Assembly (NCBI GenBank): GCA_951406725.2 | Contig: OX597824.1 | Span: 63,364,001-63,428,000, forward strand | From: Octopus vulgaris | Lineage: Eukaryota | Reading direction: 5' to 3' | DNA: 64,000 nt | In this document: in pieces, positions 42,067 through 56,545 of the stretch | Numbering within the stretch: position 1 is the first letter of the stretch | Layout of the letters: the number at the start of each line of letters is the position of its first letter | Made by a program: the position numbers and the translations under genes | Notes under the pieces: model-generated | What the model saw: only the letters and a program-made list of their open reading frames with translations | Databases searched by the model: none | Told to the model about the DNA's origin: nothing

Positions 42067-42311
42067 GACTGTCTTCTCAAATTGCCTGGACACACCATAC
42101 TTCCCTCACTGACAATGTGCATGCGCCTTTATACGCTTGAGGAGAGTTGACTTGCTATCCCACAGATGTGTCAGGATTTCACCACAACAATGTATATATA
42201 TATACGAGTGAGTGGACAAACGAACAAAAGATGGTCAACCATATATATATAGAGAGAGAGTGAGAGAGAAAGAGAGAGAAATCTACGGACATCCACACAC
42301 AGAGAAATAAA

Positions 42312-43105
42312 GACATGGTCTGATCTATAGGTATTGAGTCTGTTGCCATAGTAACGAAGCTAAAGCACGCAGAGTGACACCGCTTGGCGCAGATTGGCCT
42401 TGGACATGCTGTGCATGATCACTAATTTATAACGTTTACGGCAGTACTTGAAAGTATGGTGTGTAGCCTGTGATCGTTACATTGATCATAACAAAGTTAA
42501 GCAGAGAGTCTACATCAAAGTTTGCCAAAAGCTTGGTGATACCTGCTCAGAGGCCTACGCAAATTTTTCGAAATGTTTCCAACGTTCTTGACACAATCAA
42601 GGGGATTTCGTGCAACTGAAGACCGAGTGTCTTTTTGGTCAACTGAAAGCAGTTTTGGCACAAACTTGGCAGACAAGTGATAATGGACTGAACTGAACCG
42701 TAACTAATCTCACGGATTTCCTCCCACAACTGCGATGTTTTTCTCAGTTTTGCCTGTTGCAGGTCTCCCAGAACGTTCGTCAATATGGACATTTTTTCGG
42801 CCATCTTGGAAACGTCTGAACCACTGGTACACTTGTGACCGGCTCATACACACCCCACCATACAGTTCTGAAAATTTTAGTCGGCCTCTGAGCAGATATT
42901 ACCATGACAACTTTCTCTGTCACTGTCAATGCGACGATCACACGCTACACACCTTCCTCTCAAACTCTGTTGTAAATAGCAGAAGTAAGCTAGAATGCCA
43001 CACACACAGCATAGTTCAAGGTTTTTCTTTGCCAAACGGCTTCACTCAGCGTGCTTTAGCTTCGTTACTATGGCAACAGTATAGATACTTATTGATCAGT
43101 ACACG
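42312..43105. mobile_element. Mariner-derived foldback element built from two inverted 5' ends
   Basis: CTGTTGCCATAGTAACGAAGCTAAAGCACGC at both ends in inverted orientation; minus strand MSRSQVYQWFRRFQDGRKNVHIDERSGRP (mariner HTH region); plus strand QRVYIKVCQKLGDTCSEAY. Confidence 0.85.
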
Positions 43106-43171
43106 TATATACATATTTGTATGTATGTATGTATGTATGTATGTATGTATGTATGTATGCATGCATATATA

Positions 43172-43672
<501 letters not shown>

Positions 43673-43993
43673 ATATGTGTGCATGCGTGTAAGTGCGCGC
43701 GCGTGTGTGTGTTATATCAGTGCATCATGTACTAATATTATGCAATTTGAAACTATATATTCACTGTATGAAAGTTGGTATGCGTATATGTGTACGCAGG
43801 CATTGACTGAGTGTCTGAAGAGTTGACCGAGTACTCTTAGTCCCGGCTCAGAACTTCCTGTCGAACATCTTAAGTTAGTATTTTTCGCCATAGCTTCGGG
43901 TCATACCTAGCAATGTGAAGTGAAATTAGGATCACTTAAATTGGAAGATAGCCAGCAGGACTATACATTTATGAAATTATGTATATATGTCTG

Positions 43994-44058
<65 letters not shown>

Positions 44059-44199
44059 TCGACGAACGGGAACGGGGCAGTTTTTGTCATGTAACAGTTT
44101 TAATGATGTCTTTGCAGCCTTATCAATAAAGCGTATTACTCTATCTCCGTCATTCGAATACTATTTTCCCCACCTTGTTTCAGATTTATGTGTTTCTCT

Positions 44200-44238
<39 letters not shown>

Positions 44239-44250
44239 GTATGTATGTAT

Positions 44251-44292
<42 letters not shown>

Positions 44293-44297
44293 GGCAT

Positions 44298-44685
44298 AGG
44301 TGCAGGGTCTCTGTAGTAACAGGCTTGCTCCCCAATCACATGGTTTTGTGTTCAGTCCCACACCTTGGAAAATTTGGCAAGTCTCTTACTGGATAGCTTC
44401 GGGTCGACCAAAGCCTTATGAGTAAATTTGGTTGACGGAAACTGAAAGGAACCTGTCGTATATACGTATATACATATCTATGTCTGTGTGTATATCTTTT
44501 TGTTTGTGTTTGTCTCTGCACCACCGCTTGGCAACCAGTGTTGGTGTAATACCATCCCCGTAACTTAGCGGTTCGACTCTAAATAACGACACAATAATTT
44601 CTAGGCTTTAAAAATTAAGTCCTGAAGTCGATTTGTCTAAAACTCTTCAAAGCGGTGCCCCCGCATGGCTGCAGTCAAATAAATG
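44298..44685 (+). mobile_element. SINE family A, decayed
   Basis: Same head, body and tail as the neighbouring copies. Confidence 0.8.
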
Positions 44686-44912
44686 AATGATAACACACAC
44701 ATGCACGCACACACACACACATGCACACACACAAACATATATATGGGCGCAGGCGTGGCTGTGTGGTAAGTAGCTTGCTTACCAACCACTTGGTTCTTGG
44801 TTCAGTCCCACTGCGTGGCATATTGGGCAAGTGTCTTCTACTATAACCTAGGGCCGACCAAATCCTTGTGAGTGGATTTGGTGGAGGGAAACTGAAAGAA
44901 GCCCGTCGTATA

Positions 44913-45320
44913 GGCGCAGGAGTGGCTGTGTGGTAAGTAGCTTGTTTACCAACCACATGGTTCCGAGTTCAGTCCCACTGTGTGGCAACTTGGGCAAGTG
45001 TCTTCTACTATAGCCTCGGGTCGACCAAAGCCTTGTGAGTGGATTTGGTAGACGGAAACTGAAAGAAGCCCGTCGTATATATGTATGTATATATATGCGT
45101 GTGTGTGTGTTTGTGTGTCTGCGTTTGTCCCCTTAGCATTGCTTGACAACCGATGCTGGTGTCTTTATGTCCCCGTTACTTAGCGGTTCGGCAAAAGTCA
45201 CCGATAGAATAAGTACTGGGCTTACAAAAGAATAAGTCCCGGGGTTGAGTTGCTCGATTAAAGGCGGTGCTCCAGCATGGCCGCAGTCAAATGACTGAAA
45301 CAAGTAAAAGAGTAAAAGAG
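44913..45320 (+). mobile_element. SINE family A, full length, well conserved
   Basis: GGCGCAGGAGTGGCTGTGTGGTAAG (A box), GAGTTCAGTCCC (B box), CORE-like CTTGGGCAAGTG, tail GTAAAAGAGTAAAAGAG. Confidence 0.9.
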
Positions 45321-45434
<114 letters not shown>

Positions 45435-45762
45435 TAAACAGTAAAAATAATTACAGACATGGACAAGAACATGAAACACCACAGAGACGACACAAGAACC
45501 ACAGGACGGGACATTCGAAGCCCTCAGTCATCAGTCAAGAACCAGATCATCTTAGCAATTTCGGCTGATTAATCTTGAGATTGCTCCGATATGGGCAGCC
45601 CGCCAAGAGAAATCTAAGCCAAGCGCATTAGATCCCCTGGAAGAAAGCTTCGAATGTATACAACACGAGGACGGAAAACGAACGAAGTACACGAACAAAA
45701 ATACAGAATACGTGACACCAATAAGATGTGTGTGTATATATATATATATATAAATGTATGTA

Positions 45763-46085
45763 GTGAGGGCGCGTGGCTTAGTGGTTAGGGCATTCGGCTC
45801 ATGATCGTAAGGTTGTGAGTTCGATTCCCGGCGACGCGTTGTGTCCTTGAGCAAGACACTTTATTTCACGTTGCTCCAGTCCACTCAGCTGGCAAAAATG
45901 AGTTGTACTTGTATATCAAAGGGTCAGCCTTGTCACTCTCTGTGTCACGCTGATTATCCCCGAGAACTACGTTAAGGGTACACGTGTCTGTGGAATGCTC
46001 AGCCATTTGCACGTTAATTTCACGAGCAAGCTGTTCCGTTGATCGTATCAGCTGGGACCCTCGTCGTCGTAACCGGCGGAGTCTT
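45763..46085 (+). mobile_element. CORE-like SINE (family B head, different tail) with 12-bp TSD
   Basis: A box TGGCTTAGTGG, B box GAGTTCGATTCC, TTGTGTCCTTGAGCAAGACAC; TSD taaatgtatgta at 45751-45762 and 46086-46097. Confidence 0.9.
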
Positions 46086-46674
46086 TAAATGTATGTATAT
46101 GTATATATGCATGGTGTGTATGTCTGTGTGTCTGTGTTTGTCCCCACACCATGACTTGACAACCGATGCTGGTGTGTTAACGTCCCCGTAACCTAGCGAT
46201 TCGGCAAAAGAGTCCGATATAATAAGTGCTAGGTTTACAAAGAATAAGTCCTGGGGTCGATTTGTCGACTAAAGGCGGTTCTGCAGCATGGCCGCAGTCA
46301 AATGACTGAAACAAATAAAAGAATAAACCAACAAAAGAACGCAACAGCGTGCTGTTGTATATTACCCACGCCTACAGAAGAGAACACTGAATGTATTTGA
46401 AGAGCTGCAACTTTATTACGGCTTTTACGGGTAATGCCACACACCAACAAATAGTTTCTTCCAAGGTGAAAAACCTCCCGTTGGGATTTTCGTCAAATAT
46501 TTGCAATATTTATTAAGGCTTAAATGCGTATGGGATATTTGAAGTGTGACTTTCAACCCACCCTTCTCCCTCACTGAATACAACAAATTTCTTCAAATAA
46601 GAAAGGTAGAAAGAAAAAGAAAAATGCCAAGTCTTTCGATGTACTGACTTCACTGGCACATTATCATTAAATAA

Positions 46675-47290
46675 TCCTTTGTATTGTTGGCCTAAAATTT
46701 TAGTGGGATGGGCTAGTCGCTCACACTGACCCCAGTACTTGATTTACTTAATTTATCGAGCCCGGAACGATGAAGCGAAAAACCTACCTCAGCAGAATTT
46801 AAACTTAGAACGTAAAGACGCATGAAATGCATTTTATCTTACGCGGTAACAATTCTGATTCTCGCCGCTGTTTAATAATATTAACCGATATGATAGTGGC
46901 AACCTGGGAGAATCGTTTGCGCGCCGGACGAAATGATTAGCGGCATTTCGTCCGTCTTCACATTATGCGTCATATTCCGCACTCGACTTTCCCTTTCATC
47001 ATTTCAGGGTTGATGAAATAAGTACCAGTTGAGTACTAGGGTCGACGTAATCGACATACACTTCCCACATATTTGTTGGCCTTGTGCCAAAATTTGAGAT
47101 GTATCTTATTGGATATGAGGGGGAAAAATTACGGTAAGTTGATCTCGGTTGGATTTGAACTCAGAATGCACACTGCTGGAGCAATTGCAATAAGTCACGC
47201 TGCCAACAACGTTTGATGTAGAATCGACTCAGTTAACGTTGATTCTGCCTTCCATGCTTCCGGTTTCGATAAAATAAATTCCTGATAGAG
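46675..47290. mobile_element. SINE family C copies in alternating orientation
   Basis: Minus copy ~46675-46870, plus copy ~46895-47100, further fragments to ~47290. Confidence 0.75.
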
Positions 47291-48646
47291 ATACGAGAGA
47301 TATTATCCAACAGAATATGTGGCATTCTGCCCATGTAAAAACTTTTTTGTTAATTTTAAGTAGACGCCCTTGAATATAGGAATAGTAGAAATGTGGACAG
47401 TGGTTTGTGGCATTCAGGTTCGTTGCTTCATGTGTAAGTTCAAATGTAGCTAATGTCAACAACACCCACACTTCCACATTTGTTACATTCCCACGCTGTT
47501 CCATCATTCTTTGTCGGTTATTCCAAATAAAAATTTTAATTATCTTCGTAATTCATTTACTATCTTTTGTTACCAGAACGTCTGTTGTTCGCGCTATGGA
47601 CTTTAGATATTCGAAATGTTTGTAAGCAAGAACTGATTCCTCAATTTATTATTCTCAGAACTATGGCGTAAAATTACATCAACGTTCACCTGCGGCAGAA
47701 ACCTTATTTATGAATGAGACTATAGAAAGTTACACATTCCATATTATTACTATGTACAAACTTCATCAGCTCCATTAAATATTCTAGTCTCTGCTGTACA
47801 CATTTCAATGTAACTTGTTTTCTAATTTTACTTCATTAAGCATACAAAGTACACATAGAAAGAAACAAACATCACAGCTAGTTGTTAATGTCGAAACATG
47901 TACAGCTGATTTCTCCTTCAATTAGAATTAATAATACAATAAACCTCCTTGTCTTTATCAATTTGGATATCGACTAATAATTTACAAAAGGTAAGCATTG
48001 CGTTCCTCCATTCTTAGAACGGAGGCACCTTCTGTTGCAATATTCCAAAGTTTCTGTATTACTGCATTGCGTGCATAATTGAATTTAATATAAATAAATT
48101 AAGCGTGTACATTCTGAAGAATTTCCTATTTTCATAGCAAAAGATATTAACCCAAATAGAAGAGATGAGATGTACTCCAAATGTCAAAAGAAGAATTTAT
48201 TTCTGCAAAGGAATCAGACCTAAATAACTTCATTATATCGTTCTTTCAATTTTTTTTTTAAAAAGCATTCTATAGAAAGTCCCTTTGAAAATAACAACTG
48301 TTCATAACACAGTAGTATAGGTTCCACAAGAAACATTAAAAATGGAATTATGCAGTGAGTACAACTCCAATCATATTTGAAAAATCACAGCTATAAGACA
48401 ACATGATCTGGAAAAACAAAATGCCGAGGGGAACAAAAAGTGTGGTATATAGCATTCAAACATGCAGTATATCCTAAAGTATCCAGAGAGGAAGTCTGAA
48501 TAGCGTTAGAGTTAAGCACCATGTTAGGGACTACATGTTATGAATATTCAATCTTTCATTCGTTGAATTAAAAATAGGTATGTTCATTCACACACACTCA
48601 TACACACACACATACGCACAAACACACTCACGCACGCACACACATG

Positions 48647-48679
<33 letters not shown>

Positions 48680-48691
<12 letters not shown>

Positions 48692-48922
48692 AATTGGACA
48701 TGGGCGATCGTTGTATTCTTTCTTGTCTTGAGGTTCACAACCAAACGGCTGGGTGGATTCGCGTGAAAAACGGCACACATGTGGAGACGGATACATAAAT
48801 TGGAATGTGGTTTGTATTTTTTCGTAGCTCCCATAGTTACCGAGAAAATCGATTATGCTTAACCGAAAACGATCACAGCCACATCATCCAAACAGACCGA
48901 GTGAAACCGGGCTTAAATGCTA

Positions 48923-48923
<1 letters not shown>
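48680..48923 (+). mobile_element. Non-autonomous Helitron (third family)
   Basis: 3' CCGAGTGAAACCGGG hairpin-like motif then CTAG followed by T; inside (TA)n; 5' end obscured by the microsatellite. Confidence 0.65.
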
Positions 48924-48976
<53 letters not shown>

Positions 48977-49518
48977 ATAAAATACAGTGTAAATTTAAAC
49001 ACATAAGAAATTCTCTTGTGGGATTCAACATGCTAGAAAGAACAGCTAGGTTCTATAACCACAAATTTAGGGATAAAATTCGACAGGAACGAAATGAATA
49101 AATAAAAACATTTTACCATCTAGTTTCCTGGACCAATTGGTTTCTGATTTTAGTTTACCAAATAAATAATATTTACTCGCTAGGTGAAATCTTTCTTAAC
49201 AAGTACACCTTAGATTAAATATATAAACACGAGGCGATCAACTATGTGCCTCTTGTTTATATATCCTAACTTTTTCAAAATCTACTGCGCAGATGCAGCC
49301 CTTCGCCGGCAATAAAAAATGCCAACTTTTAAAAACCGAAAATTATCCAAAATCTTACAATACTTAATCATATCAAAGAGAAATGGGAATTAATAGAAAT
49401 TTTCATTTCCAGTAACCTAACGTGTAAAAATTTAGTCCAAAGACTATGTATTTGTCATGGAATACAGTGTACATTTAAACACATAAGGAAACCACTAGTG
49501 GGATTCAACATTGAATGT

Positions 49519-49568
49519 ACCACCACTAAGGATGAGCACAAAGACATCGAAACGTACGGTCTGGAGGT
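49519..49568 (+). ncRNA. Type I hammerhead-like motif with a G5A change (probably inactive)
   Basis: ACCACCA-CUAAGGA-UGAGCACAAAGACAUC-GAAA-CGUACG-GUC^UGGAGGU; helix I 6/7 paired; palindromic CGUACG. Confidence 0.55.
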
Positions 49569-49654
49569 CTGGTGGCTGTATGTGTATATATATACATACA
49601 CATACATATATATACATGTGAATACATAATACATCATGCATTTGAATATATATA

Positions 49655-50060
49655 AGAGTGACTGTGTGGTAAGTAGCTTGGTTACCAACCACATAATTCC
49701 AGGTTCAGTCCCACTGCGTAGCACCACGGGCAAGTGTCTTCTACTATAGCCTCTGGCCGACCAGAGCCTTGTGAGTGGATTTGGTAGACGGAAACTGAAA
49801 GAAGCCCGTCGTATGTATATATATGTGAGTGTGTGTGTGCGTGCGTATATGTTCGTGTGTTTGTGTTTGTCCCCCAACATCGCTTGACAACCGATGCTGG
49901 TGTGTTTACGTCCCCGTCACCTAGCGGTTCGGCAAAAGAGATCGATAGAATAATTACTAGGCTTACAAAGAATAAGTCCTGGGTTACATTTGCTCGACTG
50001 AAAAGCGGTGCTCCAGTATGGCCACAGTCAAATGACTGAAACAAGTAAAAGAATGAAGAG
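49655..50060 (+). mobile_element. SINE family A, near full length
   Basis: Very similar to 44913-45320. Confidence 0.9.
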
Positions 50061-50586
50061 TATATATGCTTTATGCAAATTAAGATATATTTGTGTTTGT
50101 GTGTGTTTGTGTGTGTTTGTGTGTGTTTGTGTGTGTCTGTGTGTGTGTTGTGTGTATATGTGAGTGTGAATTTGTGTACGTATATTTTTGTATGTGAAAG
50201 TTTGCATTCATATGCGTGCGCAAAAATACACAAATGTTTGTAAATCATAAGTACAAAACCAGCGTAAAAGAAGAAAAATATAAGCTTGACTTTTTTTTTT
50301 TGGCGTTAATTCAGCCCGAGGCTTTATTCTCTTTTGAAATATTTACATATTCCTTCTTCTTTAAAAATAACCATTCTCAAGAAATCAGTCTGGTATCTGT
50401 CCAAGACAGATACGCACGTGACACGAGTATTCGCGTATAAAGACATTGAGCGATATTGCCACAAGTTCCACAGTATGCATGTTTCTATGTCTATGCATGA
50501 AGACGTTATATATATACGTACGAGAATCCCCAGTTACATATGCAAATTCACATATACACACGCGTATACACATATATGTGTGTATG

Positions 50587-50643
<57 letters not shown>

Positions 50644-50687
50644 ATATACACAAACGTAATATATAATACACAGATGTATATACTTAT

Positions 50688-50743
<56 letters not shown>

Positions 50744-50786
50744 AACACACACATATATATACATGTATTTATGTATGTATGTTTGT

Positions 50787-50835
<49 letters not shown>

Positions 50836-50887
50836 CGTATGCATGTATATATACATATATATGTGTATGTGTGTATGTGTGTGTGTT

Positions 50888-50918
<31 letters not shown>

Positions 50919-51113
50919 AATTCCACGCATACATGAACACATAAACACGCATGTCTAAGCATTGCCTCTAAATTCAAGTGAAGTAGAAGTATAAAAAAAA
51001 CAACTAAGGTAACCAGATGTAAAATACAATGAATGCATACACATACAGAAATAATCATACAGTTGGTATACACACGCACATACATAATACATACATACAT
51101 GCACATATGTGTG

Positions 51114-51170
<57 letters not shown>

Positions 51171-51711
51171 ATAGAGAGAGAGAAAGAGAGAGAGAGTGAG
51201 AAACATACATTTTATATGTACATGTTTATACGCATGTGTGTATATACGCATGTGTGTATGTGCATATGTATGTATTTTGTACGTATGTATGTGTAGTATG
51301 TACGTATGCATATATATTTATGTGTGCATATATATATTTATATATACATGTACACATATATAGAGCACATACATATCTAAAAGAATTTACATGTGCAGAA
51401 TGATTGTAGGCTTCCTGGCTAGCTGAGATTTGTAAAAATATGCGCAATCTTGGTGGTTATTTAATGTCTGCTATGGTAGGGGTTGTGTTGTTGTGGTATA
51501 ATTCCAGTGGGAAGTTATAGGGATAGTCTGCAGGATATATATGCGTGTGTGTCTTTTTGTCTGTCTGTCTGTGTGTACATCTGTGTTTGCGATCTTGCCT
51601 TTGATGTGTGTGCATATAGGTGTTAGGTTGTATTCAGGCACATCCTTACAGATTATGTAAAATTATAATAATAATAATAATAATAATAGTAATGACGATG
51701 ATGATTATGAC

Positions 51712-51745
<34 letters not shown>

Positions 51746-51754
51746 ATTATTATG

Positions 51755-51802
<48 letters not shown>

Positions 51803-52183
51803 ACACGAATATCAACAAAACGGTTTGTTAGCAATCTGCATCTCTTGGCATACATGCAAGAAGTTCCGAGAGTTTTCGCATTCTTTCAACAGATTCTGGT
51901 GAATCCGAGAAACTTTTGGCCTTGTGTTTTATTTTAACACTTTGCTTCCGTCATGAACACAGTTTAGACGTTATCATCACAGCCATTCCATCGCCGATCC
52001 CAGAATAAATATAAAGGCAAGAACACTAATAATGTTTTGTCAAGATCGTCATCATCATCGTCGTCATCATCATCAACATCATCATCATAATCATCATCAT
52101 CATCTTCATTTCATCACCTTCTCTATCAAGATCTCCACCACCATAATCAGTTCCAACGCCATTACCACCATTAATGTTATCAA

Positions 52184-52241
<58 letters not shown>

Positions 52242-52279
52242 TTCATCTTCATGATTCTCATCACTATCATCATTTCTAT

Positions 52280-53100
52280 CCCTTCCTATCAAGTACCCCA
52301 ACATAATCAAAACATGCCTCCAAGATAGCGTTCCAAGTGTCCCTTGCTCGGATGTTCGAGATGTTCTCAGGAAAATCCCCACTCGTCTGAATCAATCCGG
52401 CTGTTCTACTCCATTTTGAGAACAGACAGCCACGAATCCCTATCACTACCGTCCACAAGCAGGACCATCAACTTACCATCATTTTTGAAGAAGTTAGCCC
52501 ATATCTTGAAATCTAGACCTTTCCGAAACAAAACACAGCCCAGCACACCACTCTTTTGTCTGTTGACACGGAGATTAGCAAATCCCGTTCCCATTGAAAA
52601 TGGGCACAAAAGCTGTTGAATCAGAAAGTTTATTCTGATGGTACCTCTGTCATCGTTACTCTCACCACCTTCCGGCCGAGGAATGGCAGAATTTGCAGTA
52701 ATTTCTCACATTTTAAGGTTGTAGTTGTATTTCTCTCAACTGTGTCAAAGCGAGTTCTTCGAGCAACATCTTTCTTGTTATTCTTTTTAACCAGGTTGCT
52801 CTCAGGTATTTATCAATGTGGGCCAGCGTCGCTCGCATTTAGTAAAAAAGCATTTGTAGATAATTACTTTTTGCTCTGTCTTTTCTAGTATATCTTTCGG
52901 CGTGTTCAGAAAAATAAATGTCCCATTCTTTGATATGTGCATTTTGACATAATGTTTTGTCCGACACGTTATCATTCTTCAGTCGACAATCCACATGAGT
53001 TAAACCGTTTCTATTTGAAGTTAAAAACAGCCGATTTATCCATAGCAATTAATGGAAGAGAAGTACTTTCATAGTGGCTGTCCCAACGGTCATCATCTCT
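52280..53100 (-). mobile_element. Decayed L1/Tx1-like LINE: ORF1 remnant and start of the ORF2 APE endonuclease
   Basis: VLFRKGLDFKIWANFFKNDGKLMVLLVDGS...WNAILEA resembles Tx1 APE (GD-WN motif region); upstream frameshifted C-F-..K-C-E-R-R-G-H-I-D-K-Y suggests a CCHC knuckle (~52800-52855). Confidence 0.6.
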
Positions 53101-53419
53101 CTCAATTTGTGAAGCTGCGTTGTTTTATTGTTTCAATATATGAAATTTCCAATAGTAAGTTTCGAACTTTAACCTGAAATGGTATGTTTTTCGCAGAGCA
53201 AACTCACTCAGATCTAAGCGACTGGCTTATTCAAATTATAATTCAACAGAAATGCATATATCAAACTCTGAAACTACAACATTTAATGAAAAGTTACGAG
53301 CTGCAAAACAAGCGAACCCACTTTCCAAATACAATAATTTCTTGACTACCGCGGGCGTTACGTTCCAAAACCCCACCACAGAAATAATTAAAATTTTTAA
53401 AAATATAAATACCTATCAG

Positions 53420-53568
53420 CCGCAGAAACCCGCGATATACTGAGGATTCCGAGATATAAATTTACATATATTAACCAGAAAAATTCGTGTTGTACTGAAT
53501 GCGCGATAGGTGAACCATGATGTACAGAGTGCTCAGTATATGAACCGCGATATGGTGAGGGATTACTG
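53420..53568. mobile_element. One end of a Tigger/pogo-like element
   Basis: cgcgataggtgaacc...ccgcgatatggtgagggattactg-TA, same terminus type as 12274-12358. Confidence 0.55.
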
Positions 53569-53579
53569 TACACATAATT

Positions 53580-53788
53580 TTGTCTGTCTTTACGTTCTGA
53601 CTTAAATTCATGTGTTTCATCGGGGTTGATAAAATAAGTAGCATTCAAGTATTGAGGTCGATGAAATAAGATCCCCCTCCCCAAAATGGTGGTGGTGGTG
53701 GTGGTGGTGGCGGCGGCGGCGGCGGTGATGGTGGTGGCGGTGATGGTGGTGGTGGTAGTAGTAGTAGTAGCAGCAGCAGCAGCATCAT

Positions 53789-53859
<71 letters not shown>

Positions 53860-53870
53860 ATAGCAGCATA
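53580..53870 (+). repeat. SINE family C fragment followed by compound (GGT)n(GGC)n(AGT)n microsatellite
   Basis: tttcatcggggttgataaaataagtag...ccccctccccaaaat, then trinucleotide tracts. Confidence 0.75.
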
Positions 53871-55225
53871 TTTGGTATATTTATTGCAAGCTGTGTTTTA
53901 ACCTAATGGTACTTTTCGAATTATTGCGTGTATGTTTATAAGCGTGATAAAAATTGATCAATCACGAGATATTGTACGCTGTTTTATTGGTGTCAGTCAT
54001 TGATCTGTGATCCAGCAAGGTTGCAGCCCTCTATATAATACACCACGTACAGGATGTGGGTATCTGCTTCTTGGCAAATATAAGCAATACAACTGCTGCG
54101 TTGTTCTATAAACTACTAGTTGGCTCTCATACTAACGATCATTAATATACTTTCATCAGCGAGTAACGGAAGTCTTAGCAAAAACAGGAACGATATCACC
54201 AATATATAAAGTTGAATACTAGCTGTCCACCTAGTACTCTGTTTTATTCTGTAAACAATTTATGATTTTGTACAGCGATAAATATTGCAATGATATTAAG
54301 TAGATGTCGTGAGGGCAAGCGTAAGGATTTTTTTTAGATAATAATGATATATGTATATATGAGAGTGTGTGTATACGTGTGTTTGTATGTAAGTACATAC
54401 AAACACACGTACATATATTAGTATTATCAACGATTTCATTACCATTATCATCATAAGCACCATTTTCATCATCATACGCAGTTTAAGCATGTTTGCATGG
54501 GTTAGGCGAGATATTTTGTGGGAGTAACGTACAGTTCGATACTTTAACGACTTCAACCACGTGAAGATACGGTAAAACAAAGGCACATATATGCAAGAAC
54601 ACACACACTCACATAAACAAATATATATATATATATAAGCATACATACATACACAAAGACAGGAAATATCTGCATATCTAAATACATCATACATATATAT
54701 AATATCTAATAAATGCGTATGTATATGAATATGTATAAATATATATGTTTATGTAGTCTATATATGCAAATATATTTATATAAATATATATATATATACA
54801 TATACATAATACACACTCACACACACACACATATATATTTGTATATATATATATATATACATAATACATACACACGTACATACAAACATACATAGGTATA
54901 GGTAGTTATGTAGATAGATAGATAGATACATACATACAAGCATACATACATACATACATACATACATACATACATACATACATACATACATACATACATA
55001 CATACATACACACATGTATGTATACACATAACGTACATCTATTTCACGCTATTTTGTTCAGCTTTAGATCAGACCTAGCCGACAAGTTCTATAATGAATG
55101 AGGTTGGAAGCAAGAGTATTAAAGTTTATTATTTGGGGGCAGGTTCACTTAGGATTTTATCATTTGATGACGGCTTTGAAATTTTCGCAATTTTTTACTG
55201 TTGCCTGATGTATTTTCAGGTCCTA

Positions 55226-55266
<41 letters not shown>

Positions 55267-55447
55267 GTTGTTGTTGTTGTTGTTGCTGTTGTTGTTCTCC
55301 TTCTTCTTCTTCTTCTTCTTCTTCTTCTTCTTCTTCTTCTTCTTCTTCTTCTTCTTCTTCTTCTTCTTCTTCTTCTTCTTCTCATTATTATTATTATTAT
55401 TATTGAGTGAGAGAGCAGTTCATGCCATCAAATTATTATTATTATTA

Positions 55448-55521
<74 letters not shown>

Positions 55522-55523
55522 TC

Positions 55524-55592
<69 letters not shown>

Positions 55593-55644
55593 CATTATTA
55601 TTATTATTATTATTACTATTACCATCATCATCATCATCATAATT

Positions 55645-55900
55645 ATTGGCAAAATATTTCTTGCATTCAGCTCTTTGTTGAGTATTGCCCTTACCCTGCG
55701 ATAACATTCTCTTCTGATCCTTTCTCTCATCACTGAATGTTTGATTCCGTCCTCTTCAAATACCCCTTGGTATTTGTAGCTCTCCACTGGTTCTAATTCC
55801 TTTATGACATTCTGCTGTTCAAGATTGGATGTTTCTGTTATTTTTCCTTTGATAAAGGTAGCTTTTGCACCTTTATCGATAAAGCTAGCTTTTGCACATT
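55645..55900 (-). mobile_element. R4/Dong-like LINE ORF fragment embedded in (ATT)n
   Basis: Translates DKGAKATFIKGKITETSNLEQQNVIKELEPVESYKYQGVFEEDGIKHSVMRERIRRECYRRVRAILNKELNARN, typical of the post-RT region of R4/Dong elements. Confidence 0.7.
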
Positions 55901-55984
55901 TATTATTATTATTATTATTGTTGTTGTTGTTGTTGTTTTTGTTGCTGCTGTTGTTGTTGTTGTTGTTATTATTACTATTATTAT

Positions 55985-56545
55985 AGAGTTAGAAGCAGTG
56001 TATGCCATCAAAGTGACATTGGAGTAAAATGTATGTAGCCCAGTATATTTCATCATGACTACCCGTCTGATAAGAGTACACTAGGTACATGCATCATAAC
56101 CATATGTGCGCAAAATAGTAATCTCATATCAAGATAAACAGCGCATAAACTTGCAAGGAAGGCCCAGTTAGAATTTTTTTAAGGTCGAGTAGCCTATCCC
56201 GCTCAAAATGTCCTTGAAGAAGTGTTGTTTAAAGATGTTGAACAAAACACGCATGTTTCGAGAGGTGAATTATCCAAATCCCCAAAGAATTCCTCTCAAC
56301 ACATGAGTATGGTGCTCCCCCACTACTTCTACTCGTGATTAGAGATGCACATATCGTCAGTCACAAAGAGATATGCTCAACTGGTTATGGTCAAGCAACT
56401 GACGAGCAAATCTGTGGTATTTAGTAGAATATTTGTTGTAGCCCATCTTTTATATCGAGAAAAAACAATGTACATGATAACACTTCCAAACAGTTAAGAT
56501 TAGAAGCCATGAGATCCACTGCCTTGTACTGCATTAGAGCATTTA
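55985..56545 (-). mobile_element. ~560-bp non-coding interspersed element in (ATT/GTT)n
   Basis: Left end (gcagtgtatgccatcaaa) recurs as a ~29-bp fragment at 55404-55432, also inside (ATT)n, as expected for 5'-truncated retroposition on the minus strand. Confidence 0.55.
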
